This document shows, piece by piece, positions 1 to 7,892 of a stretch of DNA of 64,000 nt. Source of the DNA: Pseudomonadota bacterium (lineage in GTDB: Archaea > Thermoplasmatota > SW-10-69-26 > JACQPN01 > JAJPHT01); contig JAJPHT010000045.1 of NCBI GenBank assembly GCA_021325135.1, positions 1-64,000 of the forward strand, given 5' to 3'. How positions within the stretch are numbered: position 1 is the first letter of the stretch; each line of letters starts with the position of its first letter. The position numbers were made by a program, and so were the translations under genes. The notes beneath the pieces were generated by a model. That model made no database searches, was not told where the DNA came from, and worked only from the letters and a program-made list of their open reading frames with translations.

Positions 1-428
1 AACGTCGCGCCCGCCATGCGCTCCCAGGGCGTGTCGCCCGAGACGCCCAGCCAGTAGCGCTTGTGGATGCCGCCCACGTCGTTCATCTTCTCGAAGCCGC
101 CCACGAGGGCGACGTCCACCGCGCCGCTGCGGACGGCGAGGACCGCGTCGCGCAGCGCGAAGCCGCTGGACGCGCAGGCGTTCTCCACGCGCCGCGCCGG
201 GACGCCGGGCAGGCCCGCCTGCTCCACGAGGTACGCGGCGGTGTTGCCCAATTGCCAGCCGCCGAACGCGGTGCTTCCCACCCACGCCTCCTGCACGTCG
301 CGAGGGTCCATGCCCTTCTCCACCGACGCGAAGGCGAGGGCGGCGGCCTCGGCGAAGAGGCGCTTGGGGCTCTCGGGGCGGACGCCGAAGGCGCCCATGG
401 CGGCGCCCACAACGGCGGCTCGTGGCAT
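1..428 (-). CDS. Thiolase family protein (archaeal acetyl-CoA acetyltransferase type), runs off the window edge
   Basis: Manual minus-strand translation from ATG 428: MPRAAVVGAAMGAFG...PARRVENACASSGFALRDAVLAVRSGAVDVALVGGFEKM; contains the thiolase catalytic-Cys motif ENACASS and GxEKM. Confidence 0.88.
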   Translation of the reverse strand, partial: MPRAAVVGAAMGAFGVRPESPKRLFAEAAALAFASVEKGMDPRDVQEAWVGSTAFGGWQLGNTAAYLVEQAGLPGVPARRVENACASSGFALRDAVLAVRSGAVDVALVGGFEKMNDVGGIHKRYWLGVSGDTPWERMAGAT

Positions 429-572
429 GCGCCGCGATACGGGCGCGATCATTTGACCTTTGGCCGCTTCCTGCCCCTCGTCTTGGCGGGCCCGAAAGGG
501 AGACGCGCGAAGGAGCCGGCGCTGCAACAGGGACGCCACAATGGTTTAGAAGGGTCCCCGGAATGCGCGTCC

Positions 573-1592
573 ATGCGCCTCCCGGCCGTCCTCCTCGCGC
601 TCCTGTTCGTCGCGCTGCCCCTGGCGGGCTGCTTCAGCAAGGACACGACGCCCCCGGCGTATACGGTGAAGGCGACCGCCGGCAAGGTCAGCCCCGGCTG
701 GGCCTACGACGGCGCCGGGCTGGAAGGGGGCGACGCCACGCTGGAGGGGCGCGTCGTGAACGCCGACAACACCGGCGCCCTCTTCGCGAACTTCACCTAC
801 CTGGGCTCCAAGTACCAGGTCGTCTTCGACAAGTTCGCGCAGGCCGAAGGCAAGGCGTTCCAGGACGGCGGCGTCGCGTTCGGGCTCACCGAGCACGGCG
901 ACTCCAAGGTGGCCGACGCGTCCATCCCCAAGATCCACGGGAAGCTCGTCGCCTACGGCACCGCGACCGTGACCAAGGACGGCGCCCCCGTGAAGGGCAA
1001 GACGGGCCTCGCGGACTGGATGGCGCACCTCATGGTGTACGACGACGCGGTCCGCGGCCCCGACGGCAAGATCACCGACGCCAAGGGGGACGCGCCCTAC
1101 GACCCGTCCAAGCCCGCCGACGCGAAGACGTACCCGGGCCAGCCCCAGGCGATGCTCAAGCTCGTGAGCCCGGACGGCGAGAACGGCACGCGCGCGCCCA
1201 GCCACGTGGACAAGAACATCACCATCCAGGGCCCCCAGGCCAGCGACTCCGCGGACGTGCCCTTCGAGGCCGGCGCCAAGCCGTTCACCATCCAGGTCAA
1301 CAGCACGCCCCTGAGCACGCCGGCCCCCGCGCCCCTGCAGGTGGGCACCCTCACGGTGACCATCAAGGCGGGCGACAAGACCCTGGCCACGGACACCGCG
1401 AACATCCAGCCGCAGCAGGCCTACTCCAAGGCGTTCCCCATCACGGCCGAGCAGCTCAGCAACGCCACGTCGCCCCTCAAGGTGGAGATCAGCGGCTCGG
1501 GCGCCTACGGCGTGGAGGTCTCGGCGGACGTCGCGTACGACGACCACCCCTTCCTCGTCGTGACGTGGGACAACCCCACCCTCACGAGTTGA
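573..1592 (+). CDS. Secreted lipoprotein, unknown function
   Basis: MRLPAVLLALLFVALPLAG|C lipobox followed by a beta-rich soluble domain; start placed at ATG 573 within ORF 63..1592. Confidence 0.75.
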   Translation: MRLPAVLLALLFVALPLAGCFSKDTTPPAYTVKATAGKVSPGWAYDGAGLEGGDATLEGRVVNADNTGALFANFTYLGSKYQVVFDKFAQAEGKAFQDGGVAFGLTEHGDSKVADASIPKIHGKLVAYGTATVTKDGAPVKGKTGLADWMAHLMVYDDAVRGPDGKITDAKGDAPYDPSKPADAKTYPGQPQAMLKLVSPDGENGTRAPSHVDKNITIQGPQASDSADVPFEAGAKPFTIQVNSTPLSTPAPAPLQVGTLTVTIKAGDKTLATDTANIQPQQAYSKAFPITAEQLSNATSPLKVEISGSGAYGVEVSADVAYDDHPFLVVTWDNPTLTS

Positions 1593-1606
1593 GGCGAGAA
1601 AAGGGC

Positions 1607-1756
1607 TCAGGCCACGACGCCGTGGCCGTGGCACGACGGGCAGTAGGCCACGCCGGCGTCCGCCGCGCGCAGGCCCCCCTCGACGCCCGCGCCGTGGCAG
1701 CGGGGGCAGAGCCCCGGGTGCAGGGACGGGCGGGTCCGGGTGGCGCGAAGTGCCAT
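1607..1756 (-). CDS. Zinc-finger microprotein with two DnaJ-type CxxCxGxG motifs (49 aa)
   Basis: MALRATRTRPSLHPGL-CPRCHGAG-...-CPSCHGHG-VVA. Confidence 0.6.
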   Translation of the reverse strand: MALRATRTRPSLHPGLCPRCHGAGVEGGLRAADAGVAYCPSCHGHGVVA

Positions 1757-1821
1757 GGGAACGTCATCATGCGCTTCGGGCTTTTGACCTCTTTGAAACA
1801 TTCACCAAGTGGCTGCAGGGC

Positions 1822-1950
1822 TCAGCGCGTCGCGCCGGCCCCTTCGCACTCCGGGCACGTGACGCGCAGCGAAGCGCCTGCAGGGAGGACCTCTCCGGTT
1901 CCGAAGCAGTGCCGACAGACGCCGTAGTTCAGGTGGGCGCGGGAGTCCAT
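1822..1950 (-). CDS. Zinc-finger microprotein with two DnaJ-type CxxCxGxG motifs (42 aa)
   Basis: MDSRAHLNYGV-CRHCFGTG-EVLPAGASLRVT-CPECEGAG-ATR. Confidence 0.65.
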   Translation of the reverse strand: MDSRAHLNYGVCRHCFGTGEVLPAGASLRVTCPECEGAGATR

Positions 1951-2022
1951 GGGGGGCTCGTTTCCGATGGAGGGCTTGCTTTCCTCGGTGGCTCCCAAGG
2001 TCCGTTGGGCCGGTTCGGCAAG

Positions 2023-2138
2023 CCCTCGGGGGCTCCGCCCCATGAAACCCCGAATCTCCGAATCCCCGAGGCGGAGATTCCGCGATTCGGAGATTCGGGG
2101 TTTTGGCGGGGGGAAGGGGGCGCAGCCCCCAGCGAGGG
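2023..2138. repeat. Palindromic MITE/REP-like element, copy A
   Basis: Outer stem CCCTCG/CGAGGG; GGGGGCTCCGCCCC hairpin (2028-2041); 20-bp inverted arms 2045-2064 / 2084-2103; GGGGGCGCAGCCCCC hairpin (2116-2130). Confidence 0.7.
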
Positions 2139-2152
2139 AGCAAGAAGGGGGA

Positions 2153-2467
2153 TCAGGCCCGCATGATGGCGACGAGGAAGAGCCCCAGCGCCACGACGCC
2201 GCCCAGCGCGCCGGCCACCACCGCCGCGACGCCGACGCCCATCTGCTCGGCGTCCCACGCGTTCACGGTGGTGAAGACGTTGATGCCGAACGTGATGGTC
2301 GTCCAGGCGAAGAGCGTCAGGAGGCCCACGATGACGAGGCCCAGGCCGATCTTGCGGCTCTTGCCCGCGCCGAAGTAGCTGGTGAAGAGGCCGGAGAAGA
2401 GGATGGTGAGGCCGAAGGCCAGCACGAGGACGCCGCTGAAGACGGCGAGCGCGTCGGGAAGCGCCAT
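2153..2467 (-). CDS. Small 3-TM membrane protein
   Basis: MALPDALAVFSGVLVLAFG...YFGAGKSRKIG...; three hydrophobic segments; directly downstream of the Lrp-domain gene. Confidence 0.75.
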   Translation of the reverse strand: MALPDALAVFSGVLVLAFGLTILFSGLFTSYFGAGKSRKIGLGLVIVGLLTLFAWTTITFGINVFTTVNAWDAEQMGVGVAAVVAGALGGVVALGLFLVAIMRA

Positions 2468-2504
2468 GGGTCGATCAACCTCTCTCGCAGGGCTCGCTGG
2501 GCGC

Positions 2505-2738
2505 TCAGAAGCGCGTGCCGGTGAGCGTCTTGGTGTCCATGACGCCCTCGATGGTGCGGATCTTGTTGACGATGATGTGGCCCAGCGTGTCGAAGTCCGA
2601 CCCCTCGATCTTCGCGATGAGGTCGTACTCGCCGAAGAGGGGGTGGAGCTCCACGATCTCGGGGACCTTGAGCAGGGCGTTGTAGACCTCGTGCTCCTTC
2701 GAGGGGGCGGCGCTGATGAGGACGAACCCGACGGCCAT
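2505..2738 (-). CDS. Stand-alone Lrp/AsnC ligand-binding (RAM) domain protein
   Basis: MAVGFVLI...V.ELHPLFGEYDLIAKIE...I.NKIRTIEGV.DT.TL; 77 aa with no HTH. Confidence 0.9.
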   Translation of the reverse strand: MAVGFVLISAAPSKEHEVYNALLKVPEIVELHPLFGEYDLIAKIEGSDFDTLGHIIVNKIRTIEGVMDTKTLTGTRF

Positions 2739-2880
2739 GCTCTTCGCGCCGCGAACCCGGTGCGAGCGTATAAAATCGCGCGTGCGCCGGGCCGGCAGGC
2801 GAAGCCCGCGGGCCCGCGCGTGGCGACAGGGACATGCACCTCGCACGGCGTAGGCCCTCCGCCTCAAGGAGGATGCCAAG

Positions 2881-3438
2881 ATGGCCTACCAGGACTCCAA
2901 CGACTTCGATGCGATCTTCGAGGACTTCCGCCGCAGCCTGCTGGGCGGCATGGGAATGGGCATGGGCGTCGGCGCGCCCATGCTGGGCGCCGGGCAGGGC
3001 TGGGAGGGCGCGCGCATGCCCATGGTGGACGTCCTCGACGAGGGGGACCGCTTCATCGTCACCGCCGAGCTGCCCGGCGTGCGCAAGGAGGACATCCGCG
3101 TCAACGTCCGCGACGAGACCGTGCGCATCCACGCGGAGCGCTCCTATGCCGAGACGCCCGAGGGCTCGCTGGGCGACCGCGCGGAGCGCGGCCTGCGCGG
3201 GCAGGGCTCGCGCGTCGCGGGCCGCGCGGGCGGCGCCTCCGTCGAGCCGGGCATGCAGGGCGAGCGCACGAGCTACGTCCGCCGCGAGCGCGTGCACACG
3301 GTGTTCGACCGCTCCATCCGCCTCCCCGAGGAGGTCCGCGACGACCAGGTCGCCGCGCGCTTCACCAACGGCGTCCTCACCCTGACGCTGCCCAAGGCCA
3401 ACCCCGAGACGCGGGGAGGGAACGTCCGCATCGAGTGA
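2881..3438 (+). CDS. Hsp20/alpha-crystallin small heat-shock protein
   Basis: P.VDV.DEGD.FIVTAELPGVRKEDI.V...F.RSI.LPEEV....V.A.F.NGVL.LTLPK. Confidence 0.93.
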   Translation: MAYQDSNDFDAIFEDFRRSLLGGMGMGMGVGAPMLGAGQGWEGARMPMVDVLDEGDRFIVTAELPGVRKEDIRVNVRDETVRIHAERSYAETPEGSLGDRAERGLRGQGSRVAGRAGGASVEPGMQGERTSYVRRERVHTVFDRSIRLPEEVRDDQVAARFTNGVLTLTLPKANPETRGGNVRIE

Positions 3439-3457
3439 CGCGCCCGAAGATAACGCC

Positions 3458-4348
3458 ATGAGCCGGGGGCGCGTTCCGCGCCCCATGGCCCACGCCGGGC
3501 GCGCCTTGGAGATCGTCGTCTCCGCCCTGGAGCGTCACCTTGGACGCTCGGACGGCGTCGAGGTGGTCTCCCCCGCCTTGCTCCCCGACCGCGACACGGG
3601 CGAGCCCCGGGAGGTGGACGTGGCGGTCCGCCGGCGGGTGGGCTCCCACGACATCCTCGTGATCCTGGAGTGCCGCGACCGGCGCGCGCCGGCCGACGTC
3701 CGCTGGATCGAGGAGCTCGCCTCCAAGCGCGACAGCGTGGGCGCCGACCGCGTGGTCGCCGTCTCCTCCTCGGGGTTCACGCGGCCTGCCCGCGAGAAGG
3801 CGCGCGCCCTGCGCGTGGACCTCAGGAGCGTCGAGCAGTTCGAAGGGCCCAAGGCGGCGCAGGCCGTCGCCGGCCTCTCCCTCCAGCAGGTGATCATGGG
3901 CGGCACCACGCCGCACGTCGTGGTCGAGACCGAGGTGGCGCTGCCCGCGCTGAGGCCCGCGCCGCTCGCGCTGGACCCCGCGCCCGACGAGCGGCGGCTC
4001 CTCCGCATCGACACCTTCGAGTGGATGTCCATGGCCGAGCTTCTCTCCCGCCTGGACGTCCCCTCGCGGCTCCCTCCCCACCTGGAGGATGGCGCGCAGG
4101 TCCCGGTGCGCGTCCGGCTGGCGAGGCGCCGCATCCTCCTTGACTGGGGCCCCGAGATGCATTGGCTCCATGGCGTCTCCTTCGTCCAGACCGTGCGCCG
4201 CGAGACGCGGGAAATTCCCCCGGCCCGCGTCCGCACGTATACGGACGATGCCGGCGTGCTCGCCCGGCGGATCGAGTATTCCCTGGAGGGCCGGGGCGAG
4301 GTCGTCGTGGACCTCAGCGCGGCGCAGCGGGACGCGGACGCCCGCTAG
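3458..4348 (+). CDS. Mrr-like PD-(D/E)xK restriction endonuclease domain protein
   Basis: REVDVAV...ILECRD...ADVRWIEEL..K...VGAD.VV.VSSSGFT.PA..KA; the start may be ATG 3485. Confidence 0.75.
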   Translation: MSRGRVPRPMAHAGRALEIVVSALERHLGRSDGVEVVSPALLPDRDTGEPREVDVAVRRRVGSHDILVILECRDRRAPADVRWIEELASKRDSVGADRVVAVSSSGFTRPAREKARALRVDLRSVEQFEGPKAAQAVAGLSLQQVIMGGTTPHVVVETEVALPALRPAPLALDPAPDERRLLRIDTFEWMSMAELLSRLDVPSRLPPHLEDGAQVPVRVRLARRRILLDWGPEMHWLHGVSFVQTVRRETREIPPARVRTYTDDAGVLARRIEYSLEGRGEVVVDLSAAQRDADAR

Positions 4349-5427
4349 CCCGTCCCCACCACGTCCGCGAGGTGCTCGTGGCCCGTCTGCGCGAGCAGCT
4401 CCACGAGCCCCTCGTTGATCTCGCGCGCCGTGGCGGGGCCGCCGTAGATGAAGCCCGTGTAGAGCTGCACGAGGGACGCGCCGGCGAGGATCTTCTCCCA
4501 GGCGTGCTCCGCGGTGAAGACGCCGCCCACGCCCACGATGGGGATGCGGCCCTCCGTCATGGCGTGGATCTCGCGGATCATGGCCGTGCTGCGGTCGCGC
4601 AGCGGCGCGCCCGAGAGGCCGCCCTCCTGCTGGATGGAGGTCTTCAGCCCCGCGCGGGAGACGGTGGTGTTGGTGGCGATGAGGCCGTCCAGCTTCTCGG
4701 CGCGCGCCACCTCGACCACGCCCTCCAGGTCCTTGGGCTGGAGGTCGGGCGCGATCTTCACGAGGAGCGGCCGGGGCCTCGCGCCCTGCGCGCGGGCGAG
4801 GTCGGCGTTCTTCGACTTCAGAGCACGCACCAATTCTTCCATGCTCTCGCGCGCCTGGAGGTCGCGCAGGCCCGGCGTGTTGGGGCTGCTGACGTTCACC
4901 ACGAAGTAGTCCCCGTAGGGGTAGAGCTTCTCGAAGGTCCGCAGGTAGTCCGCGGTGGCCTCGGCGTTGGGCACGCGGCGCGCCTTGCCGATGTTCACGC
5001 CCACGGGCACCATGCGCGCGCCGCTGCGGGCGAGCCGGCCCGCCACCGCGTCCGCGCCCTCGTTGTTGAAGCCCAGCCGGTTGATGAGCGCCTTGTCCTT
5101 GGGCAGGCGGAACATGCGCGGCTTGGGGTTCCCCGCCTGCGCCTCGCTGGTCACGGTGCCCACCTCCACGAAGCCGAAGCCCAGGTGGGGCAGCACGTTC
5201 ACGAGCTTGGCGTTCTTGTCGAACCCCGCCGCGATGCCCACCGGGTTCGGGAAGCGGAGGCCCCACAATTCCTGCGAGAGGCGCGGGTCCTCCATGAAGT
5301 AGCGCGCGCGCAGCGTCTTCGCGACGCGCTCGCTGCGGCCCCACGCCTCCAGGCGGCGGACGGCCATCTCGTGGACGCGCTCGGGGTCCATCCGGAACAG
5401 GACGGGCCGCGCGAGGTCGTAGAGCAC
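4345..5427 (-). CDS. pyrD: Dihydroorotate dehydrogenase (quinone), class 2
   Basis: NPVGIAAGFDKNA, GNPKPRMFRL, NRLGFNN, NVSSPNTPGLR, KIAPD, GGLSG motifs. Confidence 0.97.
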   Translation of the reverse strand: MLYDLARPVLFRMDPERVHEMAVRRLEAWGRSERVAKTLRARYFMEDPRLSQELWGLRFPNPVGIAAGFDKNAKLVNVLPHLGFGFVEVGTVTSEAQAGNPKPRMFRLPKDKALINRLGFNNEGADAVAGRLARSGARMVPVGVNIGKARRVPNAEATADYLRTFEKLYPYGDYFVVNVSSPNTPGLRDLQARESMEELVRALKSKNADLARAQGARPRPLLVKIAPDLQPKDLEGVVEVARAEKLDGLIATNTTVSRAGLKTSIQQEGGLSGAPLRDRSTAMIREIHAMTEGRIPIVGVGGVFTAEHAWEKILAGASLVQLYTGFIYGGPATAREINEGLVELLAQTGHEHLADVVGTG

Positions 5428-5468
5428 GCCGCGGGCACGCCGCGGGGGCTACAAGAACGCTGCGGGGC

Positions 5469-5705
5469 TCACGACGGAGGGTATTCGACCCAGTAGACCG
5501 CCCGCCAGTTCCGCGCGTTGCGCAGCCAGCGCGCGAAGTCGGCCCGCGTCGCCTGATAGCCCGAGGGAGGGGCGGAGGAGAACTCCCCCTCCAGCGCCGC
5601 GAGGTCCTTGGCCGTGAGCTTCGCGTCGGCCTGGCTCGACATGAGGATGGCGGCCAGCGGCCCGCGCGAGCCGGCGGCGCCCTCGTAGAAGAGCCACGTC
5701 TGCAT
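5469..5705 (-). CDS. Hypothetical protein (78 aa)
   Basis: MQTWLFYEG...AVYWVEYPPS; protein-like composition; divergent from nop5 and upstream of pyrD. Confidence 0.55.
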   Translation of the reverse strand: MQTWLFYEGAAGSRGPLAAILMSSQADAKLTAKDLAALEGEFSSAPPSGYQATRADFARWLRNARNWRAVYWVEYPPS

Positions 5706-5760
5706 GCGGGCCCCGCGAGGGCGCCAGGCCCCCAAGAATCCTGACCTCGCGCCCGTCCCC

Positions 5761-5766
5761 TTTATA
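5761..5766 (+). promoter_or_regulatory. TATA box of the nop5-fibrillarin operon
   Basis: TTTATA in a GC-rich background about 30 nt before ATG 5794. Confidence 0.6.
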
Positions 5767-5793
5767 CAGGAGAGCGGGTCTGCCCCGCCTGTC

Positions 5794-6957
5794 ATGTACC
5801 TGATCACCGAGTGGTTCGGCGCGTTCCTCGTGGGTGAGGACGGCTCCGTCGTCCAGGAGCGGCTCTTTCCCAAAGAGCCCGCCGCGCTGGCCCAGGTGCT
5901 CCAGCGCCTCCAGGACGGCATGGTCCTGGAGGAGGAGCGCGCGCTGGCCGCCCGCGCCGAGGGCGACGTCCTCGTGCGCGAAGAGCGCCAGGTGCGCCTC
6001 CCCGCCGCGAAGCTCGCGCCCAAGGCGCCCAGCCTCGCCGACCACGCCTCCGAGATGGGCTACCCCCGCGACCTCCTGCACAAGGCCACCATGGAGCTTG
6101 GCCGGATGGGCGTGCGCGCGAGCAGCAGCAAGCGCGACATGCACGTCGTCCAGGCGGTGGACGCCATCGACGAGCTCCACGAGCAGGCGAACATCGTGGT
6201 GGAGCGCCTCCGCGAGTGGTACGGCCTCCACTTCCCCGAGCTGGTCGACTCCCAGGCGCCCAACGAGGAGATCGCCGCGCTCATCAGCAGCCACGCCGAC
6301 CGCGACGCCATCATGGCCGCCGCGCCGCAGCACCGCGTGAAGGACTCCATGGGCGGACCGCTGCCCGCGCTGGAGGCCGCCGCCGTGCGGCAGCTTGCGC
6401 GCACCGCGTCCACCCTCTACAGCACGCGCGCGGAGCTGGAGAAGTACCTCGACCAGGCGATGCCCGAGGTGGCGCCCAACGTGTCGGTGCTCCTCCAGCC
6501 CGTCCTCGCGGCGCGCATGGTGAAGCAGGCCGGCGGCATCCGCCGCCTGGCGACCATGCCCGCGGGCACGATCCAGACACTTGGCGCCGAGAAGGCGCTC
6601 TTCCGCCACATCAAGGAGGGCAAGCGCCCGCCCAAGCACGGCTTCCTCATGCAGCACCCGCTCATACACCGGGCGCCCCGCCACCAGCGCGGCGCGCTCG
6701 CGCGCAGCCTCGCGGCGAAGGTCGCGCTGGCCGCGCGCGCCGACGTGTTCACCAAGAGCACCGAGGCGGGCGCGCGCCTCGCGGCCGAGTTCGCGACGCG
6801 CGCGGAGGCGCTGAAGTCCCAGCAGATGCGCCAGAAGCGCATGAAGGCCAAGAAGGGCGGCTTCACCGGCCGCCCCCCAGCGGGAGGCCCCGGCGGCGCT
6901 CCTGGAGGCCCCAAGAAGTTCGGGGGCAAGGCCAGGTTCCGCGGAGGTGACCGCTGA
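5794..6957 (+). CDS. nop5: C/D-box sRNP protein Nop5 (Nop56/58 homolog)
   Basis: MYLITEWFG; ERLREWYGLHFPEL; APN; MPAGTIQTLGAEKALFRH; PPKHG; ARAD. Confidence 0.95.
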   Translation: MYLITEWFGAFLVGEDGSVVQERLFPKEPAALAQVLQRLQDGMVLEEERALAARAEGDVLVREERQVRLPAAKLAPKAPSLADHASEMGYPRDLLHKATMELGRMGVRASSSKRDMHVVQAVDAIDELHEQANIVVERLREWYGLHFPELVDSQAPNEEIAALISSHADRDAIMAAAPQHRVKDSMGGPLPALEAAAVRQLARTASTLYSTRAELEKYLDQAMPEVAPNVSVLLQPVLAARMVKQAGGIRRLATMPAGTIQTLGAEKALFRHIKEGKRPPKHGFLMQHPLIHRAPRHQRGALARSLAAKVALAARADVFTKSTEAGARLAAEFATRAEALKSQQMRQKRMKAKKGGFTGRPPAGGPGGAPGGPKKFGGKARFRGGDR

Positions 6958-7883
6958 TGGCGCGCGAGATCCTTCCCAACGTCATCGCGTTCGACGACGG
7001 GCGCATCCTCTCCCGCAGCCTCGTCCCCGGCCAGCGCGTCTACGACGAGGAGCTCCACACCGTGGACGGGCAGGAGTTCCGCACGTGGAACCCCACCAAG
7101 AGCAAGCTGGGCGCCTACATCGTGAAGGGCGGCCGCGCGTTCAGCATCAAGCAGGACGCGACCGTCGTCTACCTGGGCGCCGCCAACGGCACGACGCCTT
7201 CGCACGTGAGCGACATGGTGCGCGAGGGCGTCATGGTCGCCGTGGAGTTCAGCCCGCGCAGCTTCCGCGACCTCCTGCGCATGAGCGAGCCGCGCGCGAA
7301 CATCGTCCCCGTCCTGGGCGACGCGTGGCGCCCGCAGCTCTACGAGCGCTACGTCGGGCACGTGGACTTCCTCTTCCAGGACATCGCGCAGCGCCAGCAG
7401 GCGGCCATCTTCGCCAAGAACCTCCTGGCGTTCAAGCCCGACCTGGCCATGATCGCCGTGAAGGCGCGCAGCGTGGACGTCGCCGCGCACCCGCGCGACG
7501 TGTACGAGAACGTCGCCCGCGAGGTGGAGGAGCGCAGCGGCTACGAGGTCGTCGACTCGCTGGACCTCGGGCCCTTCGAGAAGGACCACGCCGCGCTCGT
7601 GCTGCGCCCCGGCTCGGGGAAGAAGCGCGAGCCGCGCGCCGAGGCCCGCGAGGAGCGGCCCCAGCGCGAGGATCGCCCCCGCGGCTTCCAGCGCCGGGAC
7701 GACAAGCCCCGCGGCGAGAGGCCCCAGGGCGGCTTCCAGCGCCGCGAAGGCGGCTACGAGAAGCGCGGCCCGCCCCCGGGCAAGGGCAAGTTCCAGCCCC
7801 GCGACGACCGCGGCCCGCGCGGGCCCCCCCGCGACGACCGGCGCCCCGGCGGCGACTTCGGCAACCGGCGCGGCTGGCGCTGA
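6957..7883 (+). CDS. flpA: Fibrillarin rRNA 2'-O-methyltransferase with an R/G-rich C-terminal extension
   Basis: FRTWNPTKSKLGA, VYLGAANGTTPSHVSD, AVEFSPR, NIVPVLGDA, FQDIAQRQQA, KARSVD, PFEKDH; coupled to nop5 (TGATG). Confidence 0.96.
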   Translation: MAREILPNVIAFDDGRILSRSLVPGQRVYDEELHTVDGQEFRTWNPTKSKLGAYIVKGGRAFSIKQDATVVYLGAANGTTPSHVSDMVREGVMVAVEFSPRSFRDLLRMSEPRANIVPVLGDAWRPQLYERYVGHVDFLFQDIAQRQQAAIFAKNLLAFKPDLAMIAVKARSVDVAAHPRDVYENVAREVEERSGYEVVDSLDLGPFEKDHAALVLRPGSGKKREPRAEAREERPQREDRPRGFQRRDDKPRGERPQGGFQRREGGYEKRGPPPGKGKFQPRDDRGPRGPPRDDRRPGGDFGNRRGWR

Positions 7884-7892
7884 GGTGATCCC

